Shown: positions 1 to 10,600 of the stretch, piece after piece
Layout of the letters: each line of letters opens with the position of its first letter
Position numbering within the stretch: the stretch's first letter is position 1
Source: an uncultured virus (IMG/VR IMGVR_UViG_3300036961_000217)
Taxonomy: Duplodnaviria; Heunggongvirae; Uroviricota; Caudoviricetes
Direction: 5' to 3' (one strand)
DNA length: 33,806 nucleotides
IMG/VR virus record: IMGVR_UViG_3300036961_000217
Made by a program: the position numbers and the translations under genes
The notes under the pieces: model-generated
Databases searched by the model: none
Told to the model about the DNA's origin: nothing
The model's input: the letters and a program-made list of their open reading frames with translations, nothing else

Positions 1-582
1 GGTGCCGATGCATTTACAATGCTCTCAGATTCAATATCAAGTACAGCAGACACGCTTACTGAATTCTTAACAACAGGAAAGATTGAATTTGCTGATTTCG
101 CCAATAGCATTATCAAAGACATGATTCGAATTATTACACAGCGACTTATAATGAATGCAGTATTTGGCGTTATTAATTTGATTAGTCCGTTAAGTGGAGC
201 TGCATCAGGAGGAATCGGGAATTTATTATCTGGATCTAAAATTATGTCTACTCAAGCATTTCATAATGGATTGGGAACAGTAAGTAAGATGGTTCCTGAT
301 TCGTACTTCTTCAATGCTCCTCGTCTTCATGATGGTCTTGCTGCCGATGAGTATCCTGCGATTCTTCAGAAGGGTGAAGCAGTTATCCCGAAGAATCATT
401 CGTTGGCTAACACGAGCAATATTACCGTTAATATCACTCAGAATGGCGACAGTGGAAATGCCTCAGACGCTCAAATACTGGCAAAAATAGTTGCTAAGGC
501 TGTTGATGAAAAGATCCAGCAGAGTTTTCGAAAACAGATGCGTAATGGTGGAATCTTAGATTCACATAAGAGGGTTGCATAA
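1..582 (+). CDS. Tail tape measure protein, C-terminal part (5' truncated by window)
   Basis: Frame is open from base 1. Typical TMP C-terminal motifs (TGKIEFADFANSIIKDMIRI; APRLHDG...EYPAILQKGEAVIP; QMRNGGIL). Lies directly upstream of a gpM-like gene. Confidence 0.88.
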   Translation, partial: GADAFTMLSDSISSTADTLTEFLTTGKIEFADFANSIIKDMIRIITQRLIMNAVFGVINLISPLSGAASGGIGNLLSGSKIMSTQAFHNGLGTVSKMVPDSYFFNAPRLHDGLAADEYPAILQKGEAVIPKNHSLANTSNITVNITQNGDSGNASDAQILAKIVAKAVDEKIQQSFRKQMRNGGILDSHKRVA

Positions 583-583
583 A

Positions 584-1087
584 ATGGCAGACGACTTCTC
601 AATAGAACCTAGCTATGCTATCCAAATGGATGAAAATGTAGAGGTTAACAAGGCTGACTTTGGAGATGGCTATTCTCAAAGAACGGTTTCTGGATTAAAT
701 AATATCAAGACGATTTGGAAACTGGTATGGGAAGGTATCTCTACAGCCAATGCCAATTCATTAATAGCCTTGTTTCGAGGGCGTAGAGGAGTCGATGTTA
801 TTCTGTGGACTCCTAAAAGAGCAGTGACTACAGCAAGTAAGGTAGTCTATAAAAACAATCATTATTACTGCAAGCTGACTCATATTTCAGAAACAGGTAA
901 TGCTCCAGGAAATACGACATACTGGGGAAGCTCTAGTGGAGCAACCGCAACGTGGACTAGCGGCATGGAATATTACGATGGCACATCCACAGAACAGAAG
1001 TGGATTTGTTCTAGTTGGTCGAGATCATTTAACTCCAATGAATTTGATACAGTGAGTGCTACTTTTGAGAGAGTCTTTGATCTTTAA
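584..1087 (+). CDS. Minor tail protein, lambda gpM-like (distal tail protein), with inserted ~48-aa module
   Basis: gpM motifs FGDGYSQR..GLN, WTP, W.C..WSR and SATFERVF. ATG at 584 follows the TMP stop. Confidence 0.88.
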   Translation: MADDFSIEPSYAIQMDENVEVNKADFGDGYSQRTVSGLNNIKTIWKLVWEGISTANANSLIALFRGRRGVDVILWTPKRAVTTASKVVYKNNHYYCKLTHISETGNAPGNTTYWGSSSGATATWTSGMEYYDGTSTEQKWICSSWSRSFNSNEFDTVSATFERVFDL

Positions 1088-1096
1088 GGAGGCATA

Positions 1097-2281
1097 GTGG
1101 CAGACCATCCTTTTGCAACAGATGTTTATAAACCTGATCTTGGGGAAGAGGTCGAGCTTTTTATTCTTGATCCGACCGCAATAGACTCTTCTCTCTCAGT
1201 GATGTATTTTTGTTCATCTGTAAAATACAATTCTGCTGTGAAATGGAAGAATGCTGCCGGTGATGGATGGGTGGATTATTCTCCTATTCCTATCGAAGCA
1301 GAAGGTTTTGAGTCTACGGGCCAAGGCACATTGCCGAGACCTAAGATCAGAATCAATAATGTTGGTGCTTTGGGTGCATTACAGGGGCCTCTCTTCACGA
1401 CCATGCGGGATTACAACGACCTTCTTGGAGCCAAGATCACTAGATATAAAACTCTTGGTAAATATCTCTATGGAAATACAACTCAAGATTACGATGCCCA
1501 CTTCCCTCCTGATGTTTATTTGATCAATCAAAAGACAGCTCAAAATCCTATATATGTTGAATGGGAACTGGCTCCTTATTTTGACTGTCAGGGGATTAAA
1601 TTGCCTAGACGATTGATTCTTAAAGACATATGCCAGCTCAGATACCGGGTGTGGGATGCTGCCAATGCACAGTGGATCTACGATGATACCGAGAATGCCT
1701 GCCCGATTCAGAATCGACTGTTGACTGTAGATGGCAATGAATTTGATTTCTCAGAGGTTGGAAACTGGCATCTCGAGACTGGTTGGTCGATCAGTGGCGG
1801 CAAGCTCAATCACGCCGCCGGACACTCTGCGCCAGGTGAATGGTTCATGGCATACATTTGGTCCTTCGCCAAGCCGTCCATCGGCGTCTATTGCGAGTTT
1901 GACGCAACAGTATCGGCAGGATTGTGTTATTTCGGAATCTATCGTGAGGATATTCCTGGTTATGGCGGTTGGGGTGATGGTTGGGTGACTGTCAATGAAA
2001 CGGGGCACTATTCCACGATTGCGGTTTCGACATGGAATTACCAGCACAAAATTGTCTTTTCGGCTGATTACTCGTTCGCTGGCAGTATCGACAACCTAAA
2101 AGTAGACGCCTATATCGATGAAGCCGGGCGCACCTGGAATGACCCATCCAAGGATGTGTGTGCTCACAATTTCGCAGCATGTCAGGCTCGATGGCATTCT
2201 TGGCCCAGTATGAACGGCGTAGACATGTCCCAGCCCATGCCGTTCCTGGGCTTTCCATCGGTTGCAGAAGTACGACTTTAA
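1097..2281 (+). CDS. Minor tail protein, lambda gpL-like, with inserted ~135-aa domain
   Basis: Motifs PIEAEGFE..GQGTLPRP, DLLGAKITR.KTL.KYL, LPRR, and terminal PFLGFP. Four Cys codons at 1631, 1700, 2159 and 2180. AGGAGG RBS before the GTG start. Confidence 0.88.
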   Translation: MADHPFATDVYKPDLGEEVELFILDPTAIDSSLSVMYFCSSVKYNSAVKWKNAAGDGWVDYSPIPIEAEGFESTGQGTLPRPKIRINNVGALGALQGPLFTTMRDYNDLLGAKITRYKTLGKYLYGNTTQDYDAHFPPDVYLINQKTAQNPIYVEWELAPYFDCQGIKLPRRLILKDICQLRYRVWDAANAQWIYDDTENACPIQNRLLTVDGNEFDFSEVGNWHLETGWSISGGKLNHAAGHSAPGEWFMAYIWSFAKPSIGVYCEFDATVSAGLCYFGIYREDIPGYGGWGDGWVTVNETGHYSTIAVSTWNYQHKIVFSADYSFAGSIDNLKVDAYIDEAGRTWNDPSKDVCAHNFAACQARWHSWPSMNGVDMSQPMPFLGFPSVAEVRL

Positions 2282-2328
2282 CCGAAAATGATATATTTAT
2301 AAGAATCTGGACATAAAAGGGGTAAAGA

Positions 2329-3294
2329 GTGAAAACGGCATTAGTATGTGGAGCTGGAGGCTTTATTGGCAGTCATCTGACCAGCAGGCTTAAACAGGAT
2401 GGATTTTGGGTTCGAGGCGTTGATTTGAAATACCCTGAGTTTTCTCCGACTTCGGCGGATGATTTCCTAATCGGGGATTTACGAGATCAATGGATCTGCC
2501 GTCAGGCCGTGGACCGGCATTTTGATGAAGTGTACCAGCTCGCCGCTGATATGGGAGGTGCAGGTTTTGTCTTTACCGGAGAAAACGACGCCGATATCAT
2601 GTACAATTCTGCCCTCATCAATCTCAACGTGCTGGAAGCATGTCTCAAAAGAAATACTAAGCGCATTTTCTACTCTTCATCCGCCTGCATATATCCGAAG
2701 TATAATCAAACCAATCCTGATAATCCCGACTGCGCGGAGCACACCACCTATCCTGCAGCTCCAGACAGCGAGTACGGCTGGGAAAAACTTTTCAGCGAGC
2801 GTTTGTATTTAGCTTTCTGCAGAAATCATGGAATAGAGGCAAGAATTGCCCGCTACCACAATATTTTCGGACCACAGGGGGCTTGGCGGGGTGGTAGGGA
2901 GAAAGCCCCGGCAGCTATCTGCCGAAAGGTCGCGGAAGCTAGTGATGGAGGTGAGATTGAGATTTGGGGTGACGGGAAACAGACTCGATCCTTCCTCTAT
3001 ATCCATGAGTGCTTGGAAGGAACACTCCGTCTGTCCCGTTCAAATTGGATTGGTCCAGTAAACATTGGGTCGGATGAGATGGTAACTATCGACCAATTAG
3101 CCGATATGACAATGGAAATCGCGGGCAAGAAACTGAGCAAAAAACACATTACAGGTCCACTTGGAGTTCGAGGCCGAAACTCAGATAACAGATTGATCGA
3201 GGAAAAGCTCGGCTGGCGACCAAATCGCACTTTGAGGGAGGGGCTTGAGAAAACCTACCGTTGGATAGAGAATCAGGTTAAAAGTAATGTTTAA
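2329..3294 (+). CDS. NAD-dependent nucleotide-sugar epimerase, GDP-mannose 3,5-epimerase-like (extended SDR)
   Basis: GAGGFIG Rossmann motif, LAADMGGAGF, YSSSACIYP, catalytic YGWEK, GREKAPAAICRK, WGDGKQTRSF, GVRGRNSDN. Confidence 0.92.
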   Translation: MKTALVCGAGGFIGSHLTSRLKQDGFWVRGVDLKYPEFSPTSADDFLIGDLRDQWICRQAVDRHFDEVYQLAADMGGAGFVFTGENDADIMYNSALINLNVLEACLKRNTKRIFYSSSACIYPKYNQTNPDNPDCAEHTTYPAAPDSEYGWEKLFSERLYLAFCRNHGIEARIARYHNIFGPQGAWRGGREKAPAAICRKVAEASDGGEIEIWGDGKQTRSFLYIHECLEGTLRLSRSNWIGPVNIGSDEMVTIDQLADMTMEIAGKKLSKKHITGPLGVRGRNSDNRLIEEKLGWRPNRTLREGLEKTYRWIENQVKSNV

Positions 3295-3997
3295 TGTAAA
3301 AGTAATCAATGATATTCGAGCACATGCTATGCAAGAATTTCCTAACGAATGTTGCGGTATTGTGGTTGATAATCAATATATCCCACTAATTAATCGACAT
3401 GAAATACCATCTGAACATTTTAGAATAGAGCCAAGAGATTATTTGCCACTTATCACAAATCACGAATTTCAAGCAGTAGTTCATAGTCATGTTAATGAAA
3501 AAGATTGGCCATCAGTTAGTGATCAAGAATCACAAACCAAAATGAAGGTTCCTTGGGGGATCTGTATAGCCCGCGAAAATTGGGCCTCACAGCCGTTTTG
3601 GTTCGGTGATCAAGCACCTATTCCTCCTATTCGGAATCGTGAGTTCCGTCATGGTGTAACAGATTGTTATGGATTGGTAAGAGACTGGTATAGGGTACAT
3701 CGTAATATTCTTCTTCCTAATTTTATTCGTCAAGACGATTGGTGGGAGAAGGGAGACAATCTACTGGAAGACAATTTTGGAAAGGCTGGTTTTGCACCAA
3801 TTGAAAGAAGAGAGCTAAAGAAAGGCGATGCTGTATTAGGAAAAGTTGTGTCAAAGAAGACAAACCATTGTGGTGTCTATATGGATGGACATATGATTCT
3901 TCATCATTTGCCTAAAAGACCAAGTAGGATAGACATGCTTGGACCTTATGAGAGACACAAACTTATCACCCATTATTTGAGGTATGTCGGATGCTAA
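3287..3997 (+). CDS. Tail assembly protein, lambda gpK-like (JAB/Mov34 + NlpC/P60)
   Basis: JAB motif E..HSH..PS..D (ECCG, HSHV, PSVSD). NlpC/P60 motifs DCYGLV, HCGVY, LHH. Confidence 0.92.
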   Translation: MFNVKVINDIRAHAMQEFPNECCGIVVDNQYIPLINRHEIPSEHFRIEPRDYLPLITNHEFQAVVHSHVNEKDWPSVSDQESQTKMKVPWGICIARENWASQPFWFGDQAPIPPIRNREFRHGVTDCYGLVRDWYRVHRNILLPNFIRQDDWWEKGDNLLEDNFGKAGFAPIERRELKKGDAVLGKVVSKKTNHCGVYMDGHMILHHLPKRPSRIDMLGPYERHKLITHYLRYVGC

Positions 3998-4677
3998 GAG
4001 ATATTTATTTGTATGGTGATCTAGCAGATAAATTTGGATCACATCATCGTTATGCCGCTAAATCTATTCCTGAAGCAATGTGGGCTATTCATGCCAATTC
4101 TGACTGGAAGTTCTTCCAAGCTATTAAAAGGGATGGAAGATATCATGTAGTTCATGGTCCTTCATTGGAAAGTGACGAGTCAACTTTCCTTGGTGAAAAA
4201 CAACTGATTATGCAATTTGGTCCAGGGACTTTTCATATTGCCCCAGTTATAGAAGGATCTGGAGGTGGTGGTAGTGGCAAGGCCATTGGGATGGTTGTTC
4301 TAGGTGTTGCTCTCATGGCTACCGGAATTGGTGGTGCGGCATATGCCGCTGCACAGGCTGGAGTTGGCTTTGGGGCTGGTTTTGGGCTGACTGCTTTGGG
4401 TACTGCTGGTAGCTTTCTTTCCATTTCATGGGGAGGAATAGCTGCGATAGGGACTGTTCTTGCACTTTCTGGCGTATCACAAATGCTGACTCCAACACCA
4501 GAGATAACATCGTATGATAATGTTATAGAATCTGAGAAGCATCGTAAATCATGGATCTTTAATGGTCCTCGTAATTCTATTGAGCAAGGTGGATGTATCC
4601 CAGTGGTATTTGGGAGACACTGGGTTGGATCAACAGTCGTATCGGCAGGCATTGATATCAAAGAGGCAAAGCTATGA
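3991..4677 (+). CDS. Tail assembly protein, lambda gpI-like
   Basis: LYGDLADKFG start, APVIEGSGGG, Gly/Ala-rich hydrophobic middle, FNGPRNSIEQGGCIPVVFG..VGSTVVSAGI. Lies between K and J. Confidence 0.9.
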   Translation: MLRDIYLYGDLADKFGSHHRYAAKSIPEAMWAIHANSDWKFFQAIKRDGRYHVVHGPSLESDESTFLGEKQLIMQFGPGTFHIAPVIEGSGGGGSGKAIGMVVLGVALMATGIGGAAYAAAQAGVGFGAGFGLTALGTAGSFLSISWGGIAAIGTVLALSGVSQMLTPTPEITSYDNVIESEKHRKSWIFNGPRNSIEQGGCIPVVFGRHWVGSTVVSAGIDIKEAKL

Positions 4678-7600
4678 TTAGCGGTGGTGGCGGTGGTGGC
4701 AAGGGTGGTGGTGGTCGTGGTGGTGGTGGGTCCGGTCCGGTTCGGGCCTCCTCGCGCAAAGCCGACCCTTACAGACAGTCGCTTCGGTCGCATGCCGTCG
4801 CCGAAGTGGTGGAAGTCCTTTGCGAAGGGCCAATCCTTGGTCTGGCGGCCGAAGTCGACGAGGGCGAAGCCTCCCGGGGCAAAAGTATCGCCTTTGATGA
4901 TACCCCGCTCATGTCTGCCAACGGGAGCGAGAACTTTACCGGGTGCAGTGTGCGACTGAGGACGGGCACTGCCAACCAAAACCCCATAAAGACCAACTAC
5001 GGCATTTCGACGACCATCTCCTTCGATCCCCCCCCTGAGTTGACCGAAGTTGGCGTAACGCGGGAAATCAACCTTCCGGATGCGGACTCACTGAAGATAT
5101 TGCTCTATGCCCCGGCCTTCTATGGCCAGAAGAAGCGCGATGGATCGTTCTACGACGCCTCGGTATGGTTCTCGATCCTGGTGAATGGCTACCAGGCGTA
5201 TCATACCGGCTTCTCAGGTCAAACCACCGGTGCCTATCAGCGCCAGTATGAGCTGAGCAACTTGCAGCAATTCGGTTCCAATCCCTGGACCATCCAGATT
5301 GTCCTGGATAAGGGTTACCATCACTCTAACCAGACATATCGAAAGGACCGGATTTATTGGACAGGAGTGGTCGGGGTGACTGGGGAACAGTTCTCATGGC
5401 CCTATGTAGCCCACACGAGTATTAGGGTCGGCGCTAAGCAGTTTGGTGGCAACGTGCCAAGTCGGGCCTACGAGATCTATGGATATGCCAAATGCCCCAT
5501 GCCAAACGTCTACGATCCGAACTCGACCGATGAGAACCGTTTCAGCGGTTCCTGGGACGGTGAGACCTGGAAGTACGAGTGGACTGACAATCCAGCTTGG
5601 TGCTGGCTGACGATGCTCACCAACGAGCGGTTTGGGTTGGGAGTGTCTATAGATGATTTGGGTATTCTCAAGTGGCAACTGTGTAAAATTGCAAAATACT
5701 GTGATGGTTTTTTAACAGGAACTACGGAAAGACGCTGGACCTTTAATGCTGTTATACAAACACAAGAAGAAGCATATCATATGCTCAATAGCATGGCTTC
5801 TGCTTTTCTTGCCTATCCAATCTGGGCTAGTAATGAAGTATTAATAATGCAAGATGCTCCTGACGACCCAGACAACCCTGCAGATGTTAATCCCACTCAT
5901 ATTGCAAACCAAGCCAATGTTGCTGGAGGTTCTTTTAATTATTCCGGTTCAGCTATTAATGCTAGACATACGGTAGCTCGTATTACATGGAATGATCCAG
6001 ATGATTTTGGTCGTCCTGCGATTGCCTATTATGAAAATGTACAGGGTATCAAACGATATGGTTGGAGACCAAAAGATGTCGTTGCTATGGGATGTAATAG
6101 CTATTCCCAGGCAGTCAGATATGGTCGATGGGTCATTGATACTGAACTAAATGCTGGTGATGTGGTCACTTTTGTAGGTGATATGAGCTTTGGTGATTGC
6201 GCTCCAGGATGCCGTTTCGCAGTCATGGACCCTCATTTTGCAGATGCTAGATTTGGCGGTCGTCTGGTTTCGGCAACCAGTGACGAGTCTAATACATACC
6301 TGACTCTTGATGCGGAAGTGACACTTGCGGTAGACACGACTTATACCATACATTTTGTAATGCCTATGGATTCAGAAAGCATCCCTGATGAAAGACAGGA
6401 CCAGTCTACTCAAATTGTCTCAGAAACCATTCTTAATAGCCCACAAACCACGAACACTCTCACTATTGCATTACAGTCGTCTCTACCCGAAGCTAATGCG
6501 TATTGGTATATCTCAGAACCAAATCTTAATCCTCGATATTTTACCTGCATTGCTAATGAACCGCAGGAGGGAATGCAATATAAGATTACTGGACTGTATC
6601 ATGACTACAGTAAATATGGTAGAATTTATGATGATGTTATTATTCCTGTAGCTCCAGAATCTTATGTCCCTAGCGGGATTGTCGCTGCACCTACTAACTT
6701 TACTGCAACTGAGTATTCTTATGAGTCTGGAAACAATTGGAGACCTGGAGTTGCATTGGCATGGTCTCATATTGATGATGCTAGAGTCATGTATTACCAA
6801 GTTGATCGTAAAAGATTAGATGCAGACGAGGAAAAAACACATTGGCACAATATAGGAGATACAGAAGATTGTTCATTTAATATAGAGCCGTGTAGGGCTG
6901 GCAACTGGTCTTTTCGTGTTCGTGGAATGGGCGTACTCAATGGCGAGTGGGCTGAGATCGAATCCTTCACCGTGATCGGCAAGACCGTGGATCCGCCAGA
7001 TGTGAAGAATGTGCGAGTTAGAGGTGGAGGCACTACATTCTCAACTCGTGCGCTACATCTGGAGTGGGATACAGTTATCGGCGAAGACTATATGCCTGAG
7101 TCTAGATTTCTACATTATCAGGTAAATGTTTATGACACTGATGACAATCTCAAACTAATCAGGAGGGTTCAGGAGGAGTATGTCAAAATCAATTTCTCAG
7201 AGTTGAATGAACATTTTAGCCAGGCATTAGCACAACTGAAGGTGAGTGTTGTTGCAGTTGATATATATCGGAACAAAAGTGAAAATCCAACTGTTATTAC
7301 AGTAACATGTGCTCTTCCTCCAGATGTGGAGAACCTGAGAGTTCGAGGTGGAGGTACTACGTTCTCTACCAGGGCTCTACATTTGGCATGGCGTACTGTA
7401 ATTGGGAGGGGCATACCTGAATCTAGATTTCTACATTATCGGATTGATATCTACGACACTGATGACAATCTCAAACTGACTCGAACTGTTACGGAGGAGT
7501 ATGTCAAAATCACCTTCTCAGAGCTGAATGAACATTTTGGTTCGGCGTTGACTCAGTTGAAGGTGAGTGTTGTTGCAGTTGATATATATTACAATGAAAG

Positions 7601-10600
7601 TGAAAATCCCACTGTTATTACAGTAACATGCGCGGTTCCTCCAGATGTGGATAACCTGCGAGTTCGAGGTGGAGGCACTACATTCTCTACTCGTGCGCTA
7701 CATCTGGAGTGGGATACGGTTATCGGTGAAGATGATATGCCCGAGCCTAGATTCCTACATTATAAAGTAAATGTTTATGACACCGATGACAATCTCAAAC
7801 TGACTCGAACTGTTACGGAGGAGTATGTCAAAATCACCTTCTCAGAGTTGAATGAACATTTTGGCCAGACATTGACACAATTGAAGGTGAGTGTTGTTGC
7901 GGTTGATATATATCACAACGAAAGCGAGACTCCCACTGTTATTACAGCAACATGTGCTCTTCCTCCGGATGTGGATAATCTGCGAGTTCGAGGCGGAGGT
8001 ACTACGTTCTCTACTCGTGCGCTACATCTGGTGTGGGGTACTGTGATTGGTAGGGGAATACCTGGGCCTAGGTTTCTACATTATCGGATTGACATCTATG
8101 ATACCGATGACAATCTCAAACTAACTCGAACTGTTACTGAGGAATATGTCAAAATCACTTTCTCTGAATTAAATGAACATTTTGGTTCGGCGTTGACTCA
8201 GTTGAAGGTGAGTGTTGTTGCGGTTGATATATATCACAACGAAAGCGAGACTCCCACTGTTATTACAGTAACATGTGCTCTTCCTCCGGATGTGGATAAT
8301 CTGCGAGTCAAGGGTGGTGGGACCACTTTTGCGGATCGCGACTGCCACCTGGAGTGGACCGATGTGGTGGATTCCGCAGCCATGCTTGCTGGGAAGTTCA
8401 AGAGATACCGGATCAATATCTATGATACAGACAATAATCTGAAATGGACGCGATTCAGCACTAAGAACGAATACAGCTTCACTCGTGGTATGAACCTGAA
8501 GGCTTTTGGAGGTCTTAGACGGACGTTCAAGGTTGGCTTAGTTGCCGTTGACATCTATGGCCGGATTTCGGCTTCCGAAACGGTGATCACGGTCTCGAAT
8601 CCTCCGCCGGATATGTCAGCCTTCACGCCCACCATCAAGGAGCTGACCACTGGCCTGCGAATTGTCTGGAAGGACTGGAACGATGCTTCAGATCCAGACC
8701 TGAAGCAGTTTCGCATCTACTGTGATACCAACAACCCGCCGACGACCCTGGTGGCTAGAGTTGCAGCCAATCGGGATCGCTACAAGCACGATGATGGCAT
8801 CAAAAGTTATGCCAGCCACTATGTCAAGATCGTCCCTTACGATGAGTTTGGCGAGGGAATTGGGAGCATTGTGGCAGCTTCCACTGGTCAGGACGTTGAC
8901 ATTGACAAACCAATCGAGATTGCCAGTTCCGGCAAACTCATTGCTGGCGAAGTGACGGGAGCCCGTGTCGAGTACAGCTCCGAAGCCCTCGCTGGCTACT
9001 CGGACGAGACCACCAAAGAGTTTGAAATATCCTCTACGGATGGCAAGATCAAGGCCGGGGGGGGTGCGGTAACGATTGGGGCAAATGGTGTCTCCATCAA
9101 AATGGGGAGCCAATCGAGCAATAGCCTTGCTTGGATGAGCGAGGCGTGCATTGCCAGCGGCACGGACGGAGCTGAGTATACCTGCATCAAAAATCACATT
9201 GCCAGCACTGTCAACAAGCCAGTCACCGGCGCAAACTGGAGCACCTACTGGGAAAATACCGGCGAGTCGAGCTTGGTTGGCTGGTATGAAGGCCGCTACT
9301 ATCACGTTGCTGGGCTGGATGCCGCAGCGATTCTCCTTGCCAACGACGATGATTATGCAATGACTTCCTTGGAGACTCGTGGAGACCTGATCGGAGCGGA
9401 CTCTCTCACTAGAGTCCTGGCCCGATGCGGAAGCGGCCAAAAGGCCCAGGTAATTTTACGCGTCAATGATTCATGGATTGAGCTGACCGACGAGGACGGA
9501 GATGTGTTGCTCGATCTGAAGAATATCCCTCTCACAACGGCTGCTCAAATCACCTCCACCAAGGCTACTGGCGCACCGTTTGTGATTGAGAGCGCCACCG
9601 TTTGCACCAACCTCAATGCCGACATGGTGGACGGCAAGCATGCAGGTGGAGCAAACGGTCTGGCTACCCTGGGCGCTGGCGGACTCGTGCCGACCTCGCA
9701 GCTTGGCACCGGTACAGCGGACAATACCGTCTTCCTGCGGGGCGACGGCACCTGGCAGGCAACAGGCGCGGGAGCGTCATTCAACGACGCTGAAGGCGAT
9801 CCGGCCAAGATCGGGACGGCTGCCGACGGCACTTCCTCTTACGCAGCCAGGCGCGATCATGTCCATGCGTGTGATGACGCCACCACCAGCGTCAAGGGCC
9901 TGGCGTCGTTCAGCTCGACCTATTTTGACGTCACGACAGGGGTCGTTTCGATCAAGGCCGCCGGAGTCCCATACGCCAGGATTCAAAACGTCTCGGCGAC
10001 CGACAAGATCCTCGGCCGGGTCTCCGCTGGCGCGGGCTCCATCGAGGAAATCACCTGCACCGCTGCCGGGCGGGCGCTGCTTGACGACGCCAATGCCGCC
10101 GATCAGCGCACCACCCTCGGGCTGGGATCGGCAAACGATGTTTATCACAATGCTGTTTTCTGCGGGAGCACCCATCCTGCCACTATGTCAAATGGCGGAT
10201 TTTCAATTAAAGGGTCAGCGGGGACCTGGACCTTTGGGTATGCCTTCCTTGGCAGCGCAGGCACCCACATCGGCACGTTCGGTGCCTATGGGTCGAGCGA
10301 CACGCTTACACGCTACTACTTGGGGATCTATAATACTGGCGAGCTGCTGAGCGTTACTTCGACAGGACTGGTGGGGATTGGTGTCATGGCACCCACCTAT
10401 AACCTGGAGATTGGATGTGGAGATGCCCGCCATTTTGGTGTTCAGCGCCAGACCGCATCCAATACTGGTGGAAACAATCTTAATATCTATGGTGGCAGCG
10501 CTACCGTAGCGGCCACCAACAAAAACGGCGGCAGTCTCCGTCTGCGGCCTGGTCTGTGTACCGGCTCAGGTTATGGGCAGGTGCAAATCTATGGTTGCCT

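Noticed and set aside
3287..4677. JAB peptidase next to a Gly-rich ubiquitin-like protein as a novel conjugation system
   Set aside because: This is the standard lambdoid gpK/gpI pair, and no E1/E2 genes are present.
4233..4979. 248-aa antisense ORF
   Set aside because: Shadow of Gly-rich gpI/gpJ codons with no recognisable motifs.
6993..8603. CRISPR array or DGR template/variable repeats
   Set aside because: Units are ~320-bp in-frame coding repeats with no spacers. Differences are not obviously adenine-specific, and no reverse transcriptase is in the window.
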